This document shows positions 29,985-39,279 of a stretch of DNA of 64,000 nucleotides, one piece after another; positions within the stretch are counted from its first letter, which is position 1; each line of letters starts with the position of its first letter. A program made the position numbers and the translations under genes. The stretch is from Anaerolineae bacterium. Its GTDB lineage: Bacteria > Chloroflexota > Anaerolineae > S140-20. The notes under the pieces were generated by a model that was not told the origin of the DNA, did no database searches, and saw only the letters and a list, made by a program, of their open reading frames with translations. The DNA lies in the NCBI GenBank assembly GCA_027021705.1, contig JALUTT010000073.1, forward strand, positions 1-64,000. Reading direction: 5' to 3'.

Positions 29985-30252
29985 CGGCCTTTCTCACGGC
30001 AGCGATAGCTTCCGCGACATCCTGTTCCACCTCCTCCGGCGGCAGGTCGGGCAGCCGGCTGCGAACGCGGTCCAGCACTTGGAAACGTATCTCCCGTTCG
30101 GCGACAAGCCGCTGGTACATCTCTAGGGGGATGACGGCTACCATTGGACGGCCCGACCGTTCGACGATGACCACCTGACCCCCGTAGTGCACGCGACCGA
30201 TCAGGTGGGCGAAGTTGTTGCGGGCCTCTCGAGCGCCCATGCGCACAACCAT
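29965..30252 (-). CDS. Phd/YefM family antitoxin
   Basis: AREARNNF, VIVERSGRPMVAVIP; overlaps the toxin start. Confidence 0.9.
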   Translation of the reverse strand: MVVRMGAREARNNFAHLIGRVHYGGQVVIVERSGRPMVAVIPLEMYQRLVAEREIRFQVLDRVRSRLPDLPPEEVEQDVAEAIAAVRKADVAGGS

Positions 30253-30376
30253 CCAGCACCTCCTTTACCGAGCCCCCTTGCAGGTTCGGCAGTGGGGGAA
30301 GCTCTGAACTTCACCTGTAGGTGGAGGGTGAGCCCAACGGTCCAGAAGCCTGTGGGTGGGCCGGAAGCGACACCCG

Positions 30377-30498
30377 GTATCTATTCAGCCTACCCTCCCT
30401 CAGGTCACCGGTCGAGGGCGCTTTCAGCCCCGATGGGCTAATTGAAACACGGCCTCGCGTCGGAAACGCGCCTAACCTGCGGGAGGGTGAACAGTTGC
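30377..30498 (-). mobile_element. MITE-B copy 3 with perfect 8-bp TSD
   Basis: Reverse complement of 3735-3856; GACACCCG at 30369-30376 and 30499-30506. Confidence 0.88.
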
Positions 30499-30519
30499 GA
30501 CACCCGTAAGACAACGCTG

Positions 30520-30565
30520 AGTATAGCACAGAGATGACACAGTGTCAAGGATGTACACTGTGTAC
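30520..30565 (-). promoter_or_regulatory. Toxin-antitoxin promoter with two palindromic operators
   Basis: Minus-strand TTGACA-17 nt-TATACT; palindromes TGACAC-A-GTGTCA (30535-30547) and GTACAC-T-GTGTAC (30553-30565). Confidence 0.75.
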
Positions 30566-30670
30566 CTCCTTAAGAGCGCTTTTCCTCCCCTCTTCCAGCG
30601 GCCTCACCGCTCGGCAAGGGTAGGAGAACCCCCGGCGGGATCGGTTGGGGAACGGAACCGTTGCCAAAGA

Positions 30671-30700
30671 TTGACAACTCAGGGGGTTTTGTGGTACACT
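30671..30700 (+). promoter_or_regulatory. moaA promoter
   Basis: TTGACA-18 nt-TACACT with TG extension. Confidence 0.6.
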
Positions 30701-30804
30701 TGTAGCCACCGTTATGCTTGTAGAGCATAAAGCCTTCGTTCTGCTGTGCGCTCTACCCGCTGTCTCCCTCGTTCCTACCCACACACCGACCAGGAGGGTG
30801 AGCC

Positions 30805-31785
30805 GTGGCCTGGGATAAGCATGGGCGCTGGATCCGCTACCTGCGCATCTCCCTGACCGATCGCTGCAATCTGCGTTGTGTCTACTGTATGCCCGAGGAT
30901 ATGGTCTTCCGCCCCCGGGCAGAACTCCTTCAGGATGACGAAATCCTCCTCATCGTCCGGGCAGCCACCGAGATCGGCTTCAACAAGTTCCGCCTCACCG
31001 GCGGGGAACCGACGATCCGCCACAACGTGGTGAACCTGGTACGGGCCATCGCGGCGATCCCCGGCGTCGAGGAGCTGACGATGACGACCAACGGGGTGCT
31101 GCTGCGCCGGCTGGCCCATCCTCTGGCCGAGGCGGGGCTGCAGCGGGTGAACGTCAGCCTGGACACGCTGGACGCCGGCAAGTTCCAGCGCATCACCCGC
31201 TGGGGCCGGCTGGAGGACGTGCTGGACGGCATCAAGGCCGCCGAGGAGGCCGGCCTGACCCCCATCAAGCTCAACGCCGTCGTCGTGCGGGGCTACAACG
31301 AGGACGACGTGGTCGAGATGGCCCGCCTCTCCTACGAGTGGCCCTGGCAGATCCGCTTCATCGAGATGATGCCCTTCGGCGACGTGGCCACCTTTGCCCG
31401 CAACGCCGTCGTCACCACCCAGGAGATGATCGCCCAGATCGAGGCGGCCCTGGGACCGCTACGGCTGGTCAACGGGGGCAAGCTCGACGGAGAGGCCCGC
31501 CTCTACCAACTGGAGGGGGCTCGCGGCGTCCTGGGCTTCATCAGCACCGTCAGCCAGCCCTTCTGCGCCAGTTGCTCCCGCGCCCGCCTCACCGCCGACG
31601 GCAAGCTCCGCCTCTGCCTGCTGCGGGACAAGGAGGTAGACCTGCTGACCCCCATCCGGTCGGGCATCTCTTTGGAAGAGCTCAAGGCGCTGATGACCGC
31701 CGCCATCTGGGAGAAGCCCTGGGGGCACCGGCTGGAAGAGGACGTGATCCCGGTCGCCCGGGTGATGTCCCAGATCGGCGGCTGA
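30805..31785 (+). CDS. moaA: GTP 3',8-cyclase MoaA
   Basis: YLRISLTDRCNLRCVYCMP, LTGGEP, FCASCSRARLT, C-terminal MSQIGG. Confidence 0.97.
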   Translation: MAWDKHGRWIRYLRISLTDRCNLRCVYCMPEDMVFRPRAELLQDDEILLIVRAATEIGFNKFRLTGGEPTIRHNVVNLVRAIAAIPGVEELTMTTNGVLLRRLAHPLAEAGLQRVNVSLDTLDAGKFQRITRWGRLEDVLDGIKAAEEAGLTPIKLNAVVVRGYNEDDVVEMARLSYEWPWQIRFIEMMPFGDVATFARNAVVTTQEMIAQIEAALGPLRLVNGGKLDGEARLYQLEGARGVLGFISTVSQPFCASCSRARLTADGKLRLCLLRDKEVDLLTPIRSGISLEELKALMTAAIWEKPWGHRLEEDVIPVARVMSQIGG

Positions 31786-31806
31786 GGCCCCTGAGGACGT
31801 GGGAGC

Positions 31807-33435
31807 GTGAGGCAGGCAGGACGCAGGCTCTGGGTGGCGGGGCTGGGGGCGCTGGTGGTGCTGGTGTGGGCCAACCTGCCCTACCTGGTCGGCTACGCCC
31901 GCTCCACCCCCGACCTCGCCTTCGGCGGCTTCTTCATCTTCGAGCAGGACGGCTTCTCCTACCTGGCCAAGATGCGCCAGGGGGCGACCGACGGCTGGGA
32001 GTACCGCCTGGCCTACACCTCGGAGGCGTTCGCCCAACAGGGGGAGGTGATCTTCACCCTCTACTTCGCCCTGGGAAAGCTGGAGCGTCTGTTGAGGGTG
32101 CCGGCCATCGCCCTCTACCACGCGGCCCGGCTGGGGGCCGGCCTCCTGCTCCTGGTCCTGCTCTACCGCTTCGTCGCCCATCCCCGTCTCCGGGATGCCG
32201 AAGGCCCCTCGGCGGATGAGACGGCGTGGGCCTACGGGCTAATCCTCGTCTCCGGCGGCCTGGGCTGGCTCCTCACGCTGCTGAACCCCCGCTACGTCTC
32301 CTTGGAGCTGGTCGCGCCCGACGCCTACATCTTCTCGATGCTCTACGGCCCGCCCCACGTCCCTCTGGCGATGGCCCTCCTGCTGGCCTTCTGGCTGGTG
32401 CTGCTGACCGGCGTCGAAGGGGAGCTCACCTGGAGGCGGCTCCTGACCCTCAACCTGCTGGCCCTGGGCGCGGTCCTGGCCCGGCCCGCCTACGCCCTGG
32501 TCCTCTACCCGCTGCTGGGTCTCTGGTGGCTGGGGGGATGGCTCCTCCCGGCGCAGGCCCCGGCGGGCGGCCTCGTCTCCGGGAAGGTCCGGGGGGAGGC
32601 CCGGCGACCCGACCTGCGCCCGCTCCTGGCCGCCGTCGCGCCGCTGCCCTACCTGGTCTACTTCTACCGGGCCTTTCAGACCAACCGGGCCTACCGGCTC
32701 TGGGCCGCTCAGAACCCCTTCGTCACGCCGGGGGTGGGGGACCTGCTGGTCGGGTTCGGGCTCCTGCTCTTCCCGGCTTTGCTGACGCTGGCCCGCGAGC
32801 GGGGGCGCTGGCACCGTCCCCGCCGGCGGCTCTTCTTCACCTGGGCGGTGGCCGGGCTGCTCCTGGCCTACGCGCCGGTGCCCGTCAGCCGGCGGCTCCT
32901 GGCCGGATGGCAGGTCCCGCTGGCCCTGCTGGCCGTCCGCACCTTCACCCGCTGGCTCCGGCAGCGCCGGATGCGCCCGCTGCCCTACCTGTTGACCGGG
33001 CTGCTCCTCCCCTCGACCCTCCTGGTCATCCTGGGGGGAACGGCCTTGGTGCTCCAGCGGCCGGCGGAGCTCTTCCAGAGCGCCGACGAGCGGGCGATGC
33101 TGGCCTGGCTGGCCGACCACGGGAGCGAGCAGGACGTGGTCCTGAGCGCTTGGCGAACGGGGAACCGCCTCCCGGCCTGGACGCCGGTTCGGGTCTACGT
33201 GGGGCACCCCATCGAGACCCTGGCCTTCGACGAGAAGGAGGAGGCCGTGCGCCGCTTCTTCGACCCGACGACGCCGGACCGGTGGCGGCAGAGCTTTCTG
33301 CGCCGCTGGCGGATCACCTACGTCGTCCACGGCCCCTTCGAGCGGGCGCTGGGGGGGTGGTCACCGGAGGATGCGCCCTACCTGGAGCCGGTCTTCGGTC
33401 AGGGGGAGTACATCGTCTACCGGGTGCGGGAGTAG
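31807..33435 (+). CDS. Multi-pass membrane protein, GT-C-like
   Basis: Many TM segments, D..SYLAKMRQG in the first loop, soluble C-terminal domain with ITYVV.G..E. Confidence 0.7.
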   Translation: MRQAGRRLWVAGLGALVVLVWANLPYLVGYARSTPDLAFGGFFIFEQDGFSYLAKMRQGATDGWEYRLAYTSEAFAQQGEVIFTLYFALGKLERLLRVPAIALYHAARLGAGLLLLVLLYRFVAHPRLRDAEGPSADETAWAYGLILVSGGLGWLLTLLNPRYVSLELVAPDAYIFSMLYGPPHVPLAMALLLAFWLVLLTGVEGELTWRRLLTLNLLALGAVLARPAYALVLYPLLGLWWLGGWLLPAQAPAGGLVSGKVRGEARRPDLRPLLAAVAPLPYLVYFYRAFQTNRAYRLWAAQNPFVTPGVGDLLVGFGLLLFPALLTLARERGRWHRPRRRLFFTWAVAGLLLAYAPVPVSRRLLAGWQVPLALLAVRTFTRWLRQRRMRPLPYLLTGLLLPSTLLVILGGTALVLQRPAELFQSADERAMLAWLADHGSEQDVVLSAWRTGNRLPAWTPVRVYVGHPIETLAFDEKEEAVRRFFDPTTPDRWRQSFLRRWRITYVVHGPFERALGGWSPEDAPYLEPVFGQGEYIVYRVRE

Positions 33436-33591
33436 GGGGGTGCTCTCGTCAACGAATGTTCAACGAATAAACGAATGGGGCGGTTTGTAGGTCGCTTTGG
33501 CGTCCTCCTAGCCGGTTGGTTGGCAGACTGCCGCTTGGGGGGCTGCTCTCGCCAACGAATGTTCAACAAAGCAGAGAAAGGAGCGTATGCG

Positions 33592-35115
33592 ATGGACAAG
33601 CTGGAGGTCCGCGTGCAGCAAGGCGCGATTCAAGAAGTGGACGCCGACCTCATCGTCGTCAACCTCTTCGAGGGGGTGGAGACGCCCGGCGGGGCGACGG
33701 GCGCGGTGGACCGGGCGCTGGAGGGAGCGATCCGGGAGCGGATCGCGGCGGGCGACCTGAAGGGCAAGCTGAACGAAACGGCCCTCTTCTACCCCCGAGG
33801 GGCCATCCCCGCCCGCCGGGTGCTCGTCGTCGGCCTGGGCAAGCCGGACGCCTTCAACCTGGAGAAGGTGCTCCAGGTCTCGGCGACGGCGGCGCGGACG
33901 GCGCGGGAGCTGGGGGTGAAGCACCTGGCGACCATCGTCCACGGAGGCGGCGCGGCCGGCCTGGACCTGGAGGCGGCGGCCCAGGCCGTCGTGGAAGGGA
34001 CGCTCTTGGGCCTCTACCGCTTCCTCGACCACAAGTCGGAGCCGCCGGAGGAGGCGGACCCGGAACGGCTGACACTGGTGGAGTTCAGCGCCGAGAAGCT
34101 GCCCGCCGTCCAGGCCGGCGCCCGGACCGGCGAGACGGTGGCGCGGGCCGTCGCCCTGACCCGCGACCTGGTCAACCAGCCGGCCAACGTCGCCACCCCC
34201 GACTACCTGGCGACCAAGGCGGCCGAGCTGGCCCAGGCCCTGGGGATGGGGCTGACGGTGCTGGACGAGGCGGCGATGGCCCAACTGGGGATGGGCGCGT
34301 TGCTGGCCGTCACCCGGGCCTCGGACCTGCCGGCCCGCTTCATCATCCTGGAACACCGCCCCGAAGGGGTGGACGCCCCGCCGGTGGTGCTGGTGGGCAA
34401 GGGGATCACCTTCGACACGGGCGGGGTGAACCTGAAGACGGCCGAGGGGATGCAGGCGATGAAGGGGGATATGGCCGGCGCGGCGGCGGTGATGGGTACG
34501 ATGGCCGCCGTGGCCTCGCTGAACCTGCCCCGGCCCGTCGTGGGGCTGATGCCGGCTTGCGAGAACAAGCCGGGAGGGCGGGCCTACCGCCCCGGCGACG
34601 TGTTGAAGGCGATGAACGGCAAGACCATCGAGGTGATCAACACCGATGCCGAGGGGCGGCTGATCCTGGCCGATGCCCTGGCCTACGCGGCCCGCTACCA
34701 CCCGGCGGCCGTGGTGGACCTGGCGACGCTGACGGGGGCCTGCGTCATCGCCCTGGGGGCGGGGATGGCGGCCGGCCTCTTCGCCAGTGACGACGACCTG
34801 GCCCGGCGGATCGAGGAGGCAGCCCAGGCCACCGGCGAGCGGGTCTGGCGGCTGCCCCTTTGGGAGGACTACCTGGAGAAGATGCGCTCCGACGTGGCCG
34901 ACCTGAAGAACAGCGCCGGGCGCTTCGGCGGGGTGGGCACGTCGGCCATCTTCCTCAAGCAGTTCGTCGGCGACCTCCCCTGGGCGCACTTGGACATCGC
35001 GCCGGTGGCCGGCATCACCCGGGAGACGAACACCCTGCCCCCCTACCTGACCAAAGGGGGGACGGGCTACGGTGTCCGGCTGATGACGGCCCTGCTGCGC
35101 CGGTGGGCGGCGTAG
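33592..35115 (+). CDS. pepA: Leucyl aminopeptidase (M17)
   Basis: LVGKGITFDTGG, MKGDMAG, NTDAEGRLILAD, DLATLTGA, WAHLDIA. Confidence 0.96.
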   Translation: MDKLEVRVQQGAIQEVDADLIVVNLFEGVETPGGATGAVDRALEGAIRERIAAGDLKGKLNETALFYPRGAIPARRVLVVGLGKPDAFNLEKVLQVSATAARTARELGVKHLATIVHGGGAAGLDLEAAAQAVVEGTLLGLYRFLDHKSEPPEEADPERLTLVEFSAEKLPAVQAGARTGETVARAVALTRDLVNQPANVATPDYLATKAAELAQALGMGLTVLDEAAMAQLGMGALLAVTRASDLPARFIILEHRPEGVDAPPVVLVGKGITFDTGGVNLKTAEGMQAMKGDMAGAAAVMGTMAAVASLNLPRPVVGLMPACENKPGGRAYRPGDVLKAMNGKTIEVINTDAEGRLILADALAYAARYHPAAVVDLATLTGACVIALGAGMAAGLFASDDDLARRIEEAAQATGERVWRLPLWEDYLEKMRSDVADLKNSAGRFGGVGTSAIFLKQFVGDLPWAHLDIAPVAGITRETNTLPPYLTKGGTGYGVRLMTALLRRWAA

Positions 35116-35216
35116 CGATTGCCCTTGCCCCGAACGCCAAAGCGTGGTATAAATGGGCTGTCGTGGAGCGTCGCTGAGTTGTCCGCCCTTGAGGTCCGAT
35201 CCGAGGAGGTGATGAG

Positions 35217-36074
35217 ATGACCCGCCCGGTTCCCCCGGCCCCCACCGGGGTGATGGCCCCCGGCCTGTACCCGGCCGACGTGGACGAAATCCAGGCGATG
35301 CTCGCCGAGCTGGAGGCCCTCACGGCCCAACTGCCGGAAGAGGACGGCCGCCTGATGGAGACGCGACGTCATCACTGCCAGATGGACCTGCTCATCCACT
35401 CCCTGCACCACGCTTGGCGGGATCGGCAGGACTTCTGGGTGGGGGGCAATCAGTTCGTCTACTACAGCGAAGAACAGGCGCGGGCGGTGATCCGGGAGGT
35501 GAAGGCCGAGCGGGGGGAAGCTCCCCCGCCCCCCAAAGGGTTCCGAGCCTACCGAGGACCCGACTTCTTCGTCGTGCGGGGAGTGGACGGCAGCTACTCC
35601 CGTCAGAAGTGGGTGGTCTGGCAGGAGGGAGGCCGATACCCCGACCTGATCGTCGAACTGCTCTCCCCCTCCACCCGGTCCAAGGACCTGGGGGAGAAGA
35701 AGCGGCTGTACGAACAGGTCTTCCGCACCTCGGAGTACTTCGTCTGGGACCCCTTCGATCCCGGCCAGTTCCAGGGATGGCGGCTGCACGATGGGCACTA
35801 CGAGCCCATCGAGCCTAACGGACGGGGGTGGCGGTGGAGCGCCGTCCTGGAGATGTGGCTGGGGCCGTGGGAGGGGGTGTACGACCGGGAGCGGGCGGTC
35901 TGGCTGCGGTTCTACGATGCCGAGGGGAACCTGGTCCTCACCGGAGAGGAGGCCGCCGAGCAGCGGGCGGAGGCTGCCGAGCAGCGGGCGGAGGCGGAGC
36001 GCCGGCGGGCCGAGGCCGCCGAGGCCGAACTGGAGAGGGCTGCCGGCCAGGATGACCTGGGCGAGCCAGGATAG
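35217..36074 (+). CDS. Uma2 (DUF820) family endonuclease with C-terminal coiled coil
   Basis: GPDFFVV, PDLIVELLSPST..D..EKK.LY, EYF.WDP; AEQRAE repeats. Confidence 0.9.
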   Translation: MTRPVPPAPTGVMAPGLYPADVDEIQAMLAELEALTAQLPEEDGRLMETRRHHCQMDLLIHSLHHAWRDRQDFWVGGNQFVYYSEEQARAVIREVKAERGEAPPPPKGFRAYRGPDFFVVRGVDGSYSRQKWVVWQEGGRYPDLIVELLSPSTRSKDLGEKKRLYEQVFRTSEYFVWDPFDPGQFQGWRLHDGHYEPIEPNGRGWRWSAVLEMWLGPWEGVYDRERAVWLRFYDAEGNLVLTGEEAAEQRAEAAEQRAEAERRRAEAAEAELERAAGQDDLGEPG

Positions 36075-36212
36075 GGGGCGAGGCGTTTCCCCCCATCCTT
36101 GTCGAGGACCAAAACGAGATGAGTCACTGCCGCAGACCTCCGGAGTCTGTTAGACCTCGGAGGTCTTGACCCAGAGGTTATTTGCACAACAACTTAGGGA
36201 GGAAATCGGAAT

Positions 36213-36614
36213 ATGAGCAGTTGGATTGACAAGCTGATGGGCAAACAGGAACCTGAAGAGTCGGCAAGCGAGTCGGCGGGTCGAGAGGGAGCCGCTCCCA
36301 TCCACGTGACCGATGACGAGTTCGAGGAAAAGGTGCTGCGCTCCCCGGTGCCCGTCATCGTGGACTTCTGGGCTCCCTGGTGCATGCCCTGCCGGATGAT
36401 CGCGCCGGCCCTGGAGCAGTTGGCCGCCGAGTACGCGGGCCGGATGATCGTGGCCAAGGTGAACACCGACGAGAACCCCCGTTGGGCCATCCAGTTCGGC
36501 GTCCAGGGTATCCCCACCCTGCTCTTCGTCAAGGACGGCCAGGTGGTGGACCGGATCGTCGGCGCAGTGCCCCTCGGCCACATCAAGCAGCGGCTGGAGG
36601 CGATGCTGAACTGA
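36213..36614 (+). CDS. trxA: Thioredoxin
   Basis: VDFWAPWCMPCR, GIPTLL. Confidence 0.93.
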   Translation: MSSWIDKLMGKQEPEESASESAGREGAAPIHVTDDEFEEKVLRSPVPVIVDFWAPWCMPCRMIAPALEQLAAEYAGRMIVAKVNTDENPRWAIQFGVQGIPTLLFVKDGQVVDRIVGAVPLGHIKQRLEAMLN

Positions 36615-36637
36615 GCCCTGAGCCTTGAGGGACGCAG

Positions 36638-36665
36638 AGGCCGCCCCGAAGGGCGGCTTTTTGTT
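36638..36665 (+). terminator. Intrinsic terminator
   Basis: GCCGCCC-CGAA-GGGCGGC-TTTTTGTT. Confidence 0.85.
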
Positions 36666-36724
36666 CTCTGCCGGGTGGTCAAGTAGTCGGGTAGTCCTCA
36701 GTCCTCAGTCCTGAGTCCACCCGT

Positions 36725-38080
36725 TCAATCCGCTCCCGAATCCGCCGACAGCCCCTCGTCCGCCGGATCGGCTTGCAAAGGGGTAGGGATCGCCTTCAGC
36801 CGGGCGAAGAGGCGATCCAGGTGGCGCAGGGCGGCCCGCACGTCCAGCAACGCCTCGATCTCCCGGCGGGTGAGGTGGCGGGCGACCACCGGATCGGCAG
36901 CCAGCAGGTCGGCGAAGCGGTCCTTGCCCTCCCAGGCGGCCATCGCCGCTGCCTGGACGCGCTCGTAGGCCGTCGTCCGGTCCAGCCCCCGCTCCACCAG
37001 GGCCAGGAGCACCCGCTGGGAGTGGACCAACCCCTCGGTGCGGGCCAGGTTGCGGGCCATCCGCTTCGGGTGGACGACCAGCCCCTCGATGAGGCCAGCC
37101 AGCCGGTCCAGCATGTAGTCCAGGGTGATGGTCGCGTCCGGCAGGATCACCCGCTCCACCGAGGAGTGGGTCAGGTCCCGCTGGTCCCACAGGGCCACGT
37201 TCTCCAGCCCCGCCACCAGCCAGCCCCGGAAGAGGCGGGCCAGCCCCGTCAGCCGCTCGCTGAGAATGGGGTTGCGCTTGTGAGGCATCGCCGAGGAGCC
37301 CTTCTGGCCGGCCCGGAAGGGCTCCTCCACCTCCCCCTGGTCGGTGCGGGACCAGAGACGGACCTGGGTGGCCATCTTCTCCACCGAGGCGGCGGTGATG
37401 GCGCAGGCCCACAGGAGCTCGGCGTGGCGGTCCCGCTGAATGATCTGGCTGCTGAGGGGAGCCGGCCGTAGCCCCAGCTTGCGGCAGACGTAGGTCTCGA
37501 CGAAGGGGTCCACACTGGCGTAGGTGCCCACCGGCCCCGACAGCTTCCCCACGGCGACGGTCTGGCGGGCCCGGTGGAGCCGCTGGCGGTTGCGGTCCAT
37601 CTCGAAGGCCCAGAGGGCCAGCGTCAGCCCCAGCGTCACCGGCTCGGCGTGGATGCCGTGGGTCCGTCCCACCATCACCGTCTCCCGCTCGGCCAGGGCC
37701 CGCGCCTTGAGGGCGGCCAGGCAGCGGTCGGCGTCGGCGATGAGCAGGTCCAGGGCCTGGACCATCTGGAGGGCCAGGGCGGTGTCCTTGACGTCGGAGG
37801 AGGTCAGGCCCAGGTGGAGGTAGCGGCCGGCCTCGCCCACGTGGGCCTGGACCTCTTCGAGGAAGGCGATGAGGTCGTGGCGGGTCACCGCCTCCCGCCG
37901 AGCGATCCCCTCCAGGGTGAAGTCGGCCCGGGCCTTGATCTGGGCCAGGGCCTCGGCCGGCACCAGCCCCAGTTCGGCCATCGCCTCGGCGGCCAGCACC
38001 TCGATCCGCAGCCAGAGCCGGTACTGGTTCTCCAGGGACCAGATGGCTCCCATCTGGGGGCGGGTGTAGCGGGCAAGGAT
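36725..38080 (-). CDS. purB: Adenylosuccinate lyase (apparent ATC start)
   Basis: TRHD, HLGLTSSD, GRTHGIHAEP, GSSAMPHKRNP; SD AAGGAGGT 5 nt before ATC at 38080. Confidence 0.95.
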   Translation of the reverse strand: MLARYTRPQMGAIWSLENQYRLWLRIEVLAAEAMAELGLVPAEALAQIKARADFTLEGIARREAVTRHDLIAFLEEVQAHVGEAGRYLHLGLTSSDVKDTALALQMVQALDLLIADADRCLAALKARALAERETVMVGRTHGIHAEPVTLGLTLALWAFEMDRNRQRLHRARQTVAVGKLSGPVGTYASVDPFVETYVCRKLGLRPAPLSSQIIQRDRHAELLWACAITAASVEKMATQVRLWSRTDQGEVEEPFRAGQKGSSAMPHKRNPILSERLTGLARLFRGWLVAGLENVALWDQRDLTHSSVERVILPDATITLDYMLDRLAGLIEGLVVHPKRMARNLARTEGLVHSQRVLLALVERGLDRTTAYERVQAAAMAAWEGKDRFADLLAADPVVARHLTRREIEALLDVRAALRHLDRLFARLKAIPTPLQADPADEGLSADSGAD

Positions 38081-38283
38081 GGTGCACCTCCTTCGGGTTG
38101 TTGGGGTCATGCAGGCCGGTGACGAGGGCATTGTAACACGATCCGGGGCACAGCACAAATTACGCTTTCCGATCGCTCCCACGGCCTGAAAACGCGCCCC
38201 CGCGCAACCCATGACGCGGGGGCTGTAGTTCTCGGTGCCTTCGCACCGCTCCAGGAACTTTTCCTGCTGTCCTCTCTCTGGGA

Positions 38284-39069
38284 CTACGGTGTCCATCGTT
38301 CAGAGGAGGTTTGATCGTTCATCACTCCCATAGTCGCACAGCTGCCACCGCAGTCAAGCACTGCTCCCGTCCAATTCGTATGTTCGTAGTGATAGTAGTG
38401 ATTGCACCCCGCGTAGGAGCGGGCCGAGGAGACCTCGTCATTCCACCCTGGGGGCATTCCCGGGGACCCGTAAGTCGAACCATCGCTACAGCCGGCGGTG
38501 TGGGGCGTTTCCCACACCAGGGATTGTCCCCTGAAGTTTGAGTCCCAGTAGTCAATCCCAATAACGATGTTGCTCTGAGCTGGTGCGAGCATTTCAGGGG
38601 TCACCTCGTCGGGGCCGATGTCGGGGGGCAACCGTACCGCCCCTCGAGTCGCTGCTGAAATGGCCTCGGAGAATGTGGCGAAGCACCCCACCGGCCGCAC
38701 TTGTGAAGCGGACTCACCCGGTCTGATGGGATCGATCTCGAGCACACAGTGCCGATCTGCCGGGCTTTCCTCAAGATCAGCGTCAAGGCCGGGCAGAGGC
38801 TGTGGCGTGGGAAGGGCATTAGCAGGGGAAGGTTGGAACGTACCAGGATCGAGGCCAATTGATCGGATTGCCTGCTCGAAGCTGCCAAAGCAGATGGGTT
38901 CAGACACCTCGGACGCCTCCTGGCCAGGCTGAATGGGAGCAATCTGCACGACACAGGAGGGCTGTTCTTCGGGCAGGCTTGCGTTGGCCGGCACTCCGTT
39001 CAAGCCGATCCCCAGAACCCCTCCGGCCAAGAGCAAAGCTGCTAAGGCGAACCAGACCATCTTCCACAT
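38284..39069 (-). CDS. Secreted protein with two Cys-bracketed repeats and a C-terminal beta/gamma-crystallin-like domain
   Basis: Signal peptide; CVVQIAPIQPG...CF and CVLEIDPIRPG...CF; WNDEVSSA...YEHTNWTG...MNDQTSS. Confidence 0.75.
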   Translation of the reverse strand: MWKMVWFALAALLLAGGVLGIGLNGVPANASLPEEQPSCVVQIAPIQPGQEASEVSEPICFGSFEQAIRSIGLDPGTFQPSPANALPTPQPLPGLDADLEESPADRHCVLEIDPIRPGESASQVRPVGCFATFSEAISAATRGAVRLPPDIGPDEVTPEMLAPAQSNIVIGIDYWDSNFRGQSLVWETPHTAGCSDGSTYGSPGMPPGWNDEVSSARSYAGCNHYYHYEHTNWTGAVLDCGGSCATMGVMNDQTSSERWTP

Positions 39070-39131
39070 CTTACACCTCCTGAAGCCAAGGTTATCGGGC
39101 TGCCCAACTATCCCTAGTGTACCATAGTCGG

Positions 39132-39148
39132 TGTTAAATCCTTGTTAA
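39132..39148 (-). promoter_or_regulatory. OmpR/PhoB-type tandem direct-repeat site
   Basis: TGTTAA-N5-TGTTAA (11-bp period) in the -35 region above a minus-strand TGG-TACACT. Confidence 0.6.
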
Positions 39149-39279
39149 GTCGTGGGGGATCCGCTTGTGGATTAGCATCTCGCCGGCCTTCAGTCGGGTT
39201 GAACTACCCGGCAGAGGCTTGAGATGCTTGGAGCGATCGGTCGTTCACCTTGGCCTGAACTGCGGAATGAGGGGGGGAA

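Noticed and set aside
30701..30804. Moco riboswitch upstream of moaA
   Set aside because: I could not see the conserved motif; the leader is short and pyrimidine-rich.
38081..38296. 71-aa N-terminal extension of PurB in the ORF track
   Set aside because: It is not PurB-like, spans a likely promoter (TTGTGC-17-TACAAT) and overlaps the upstream gene.
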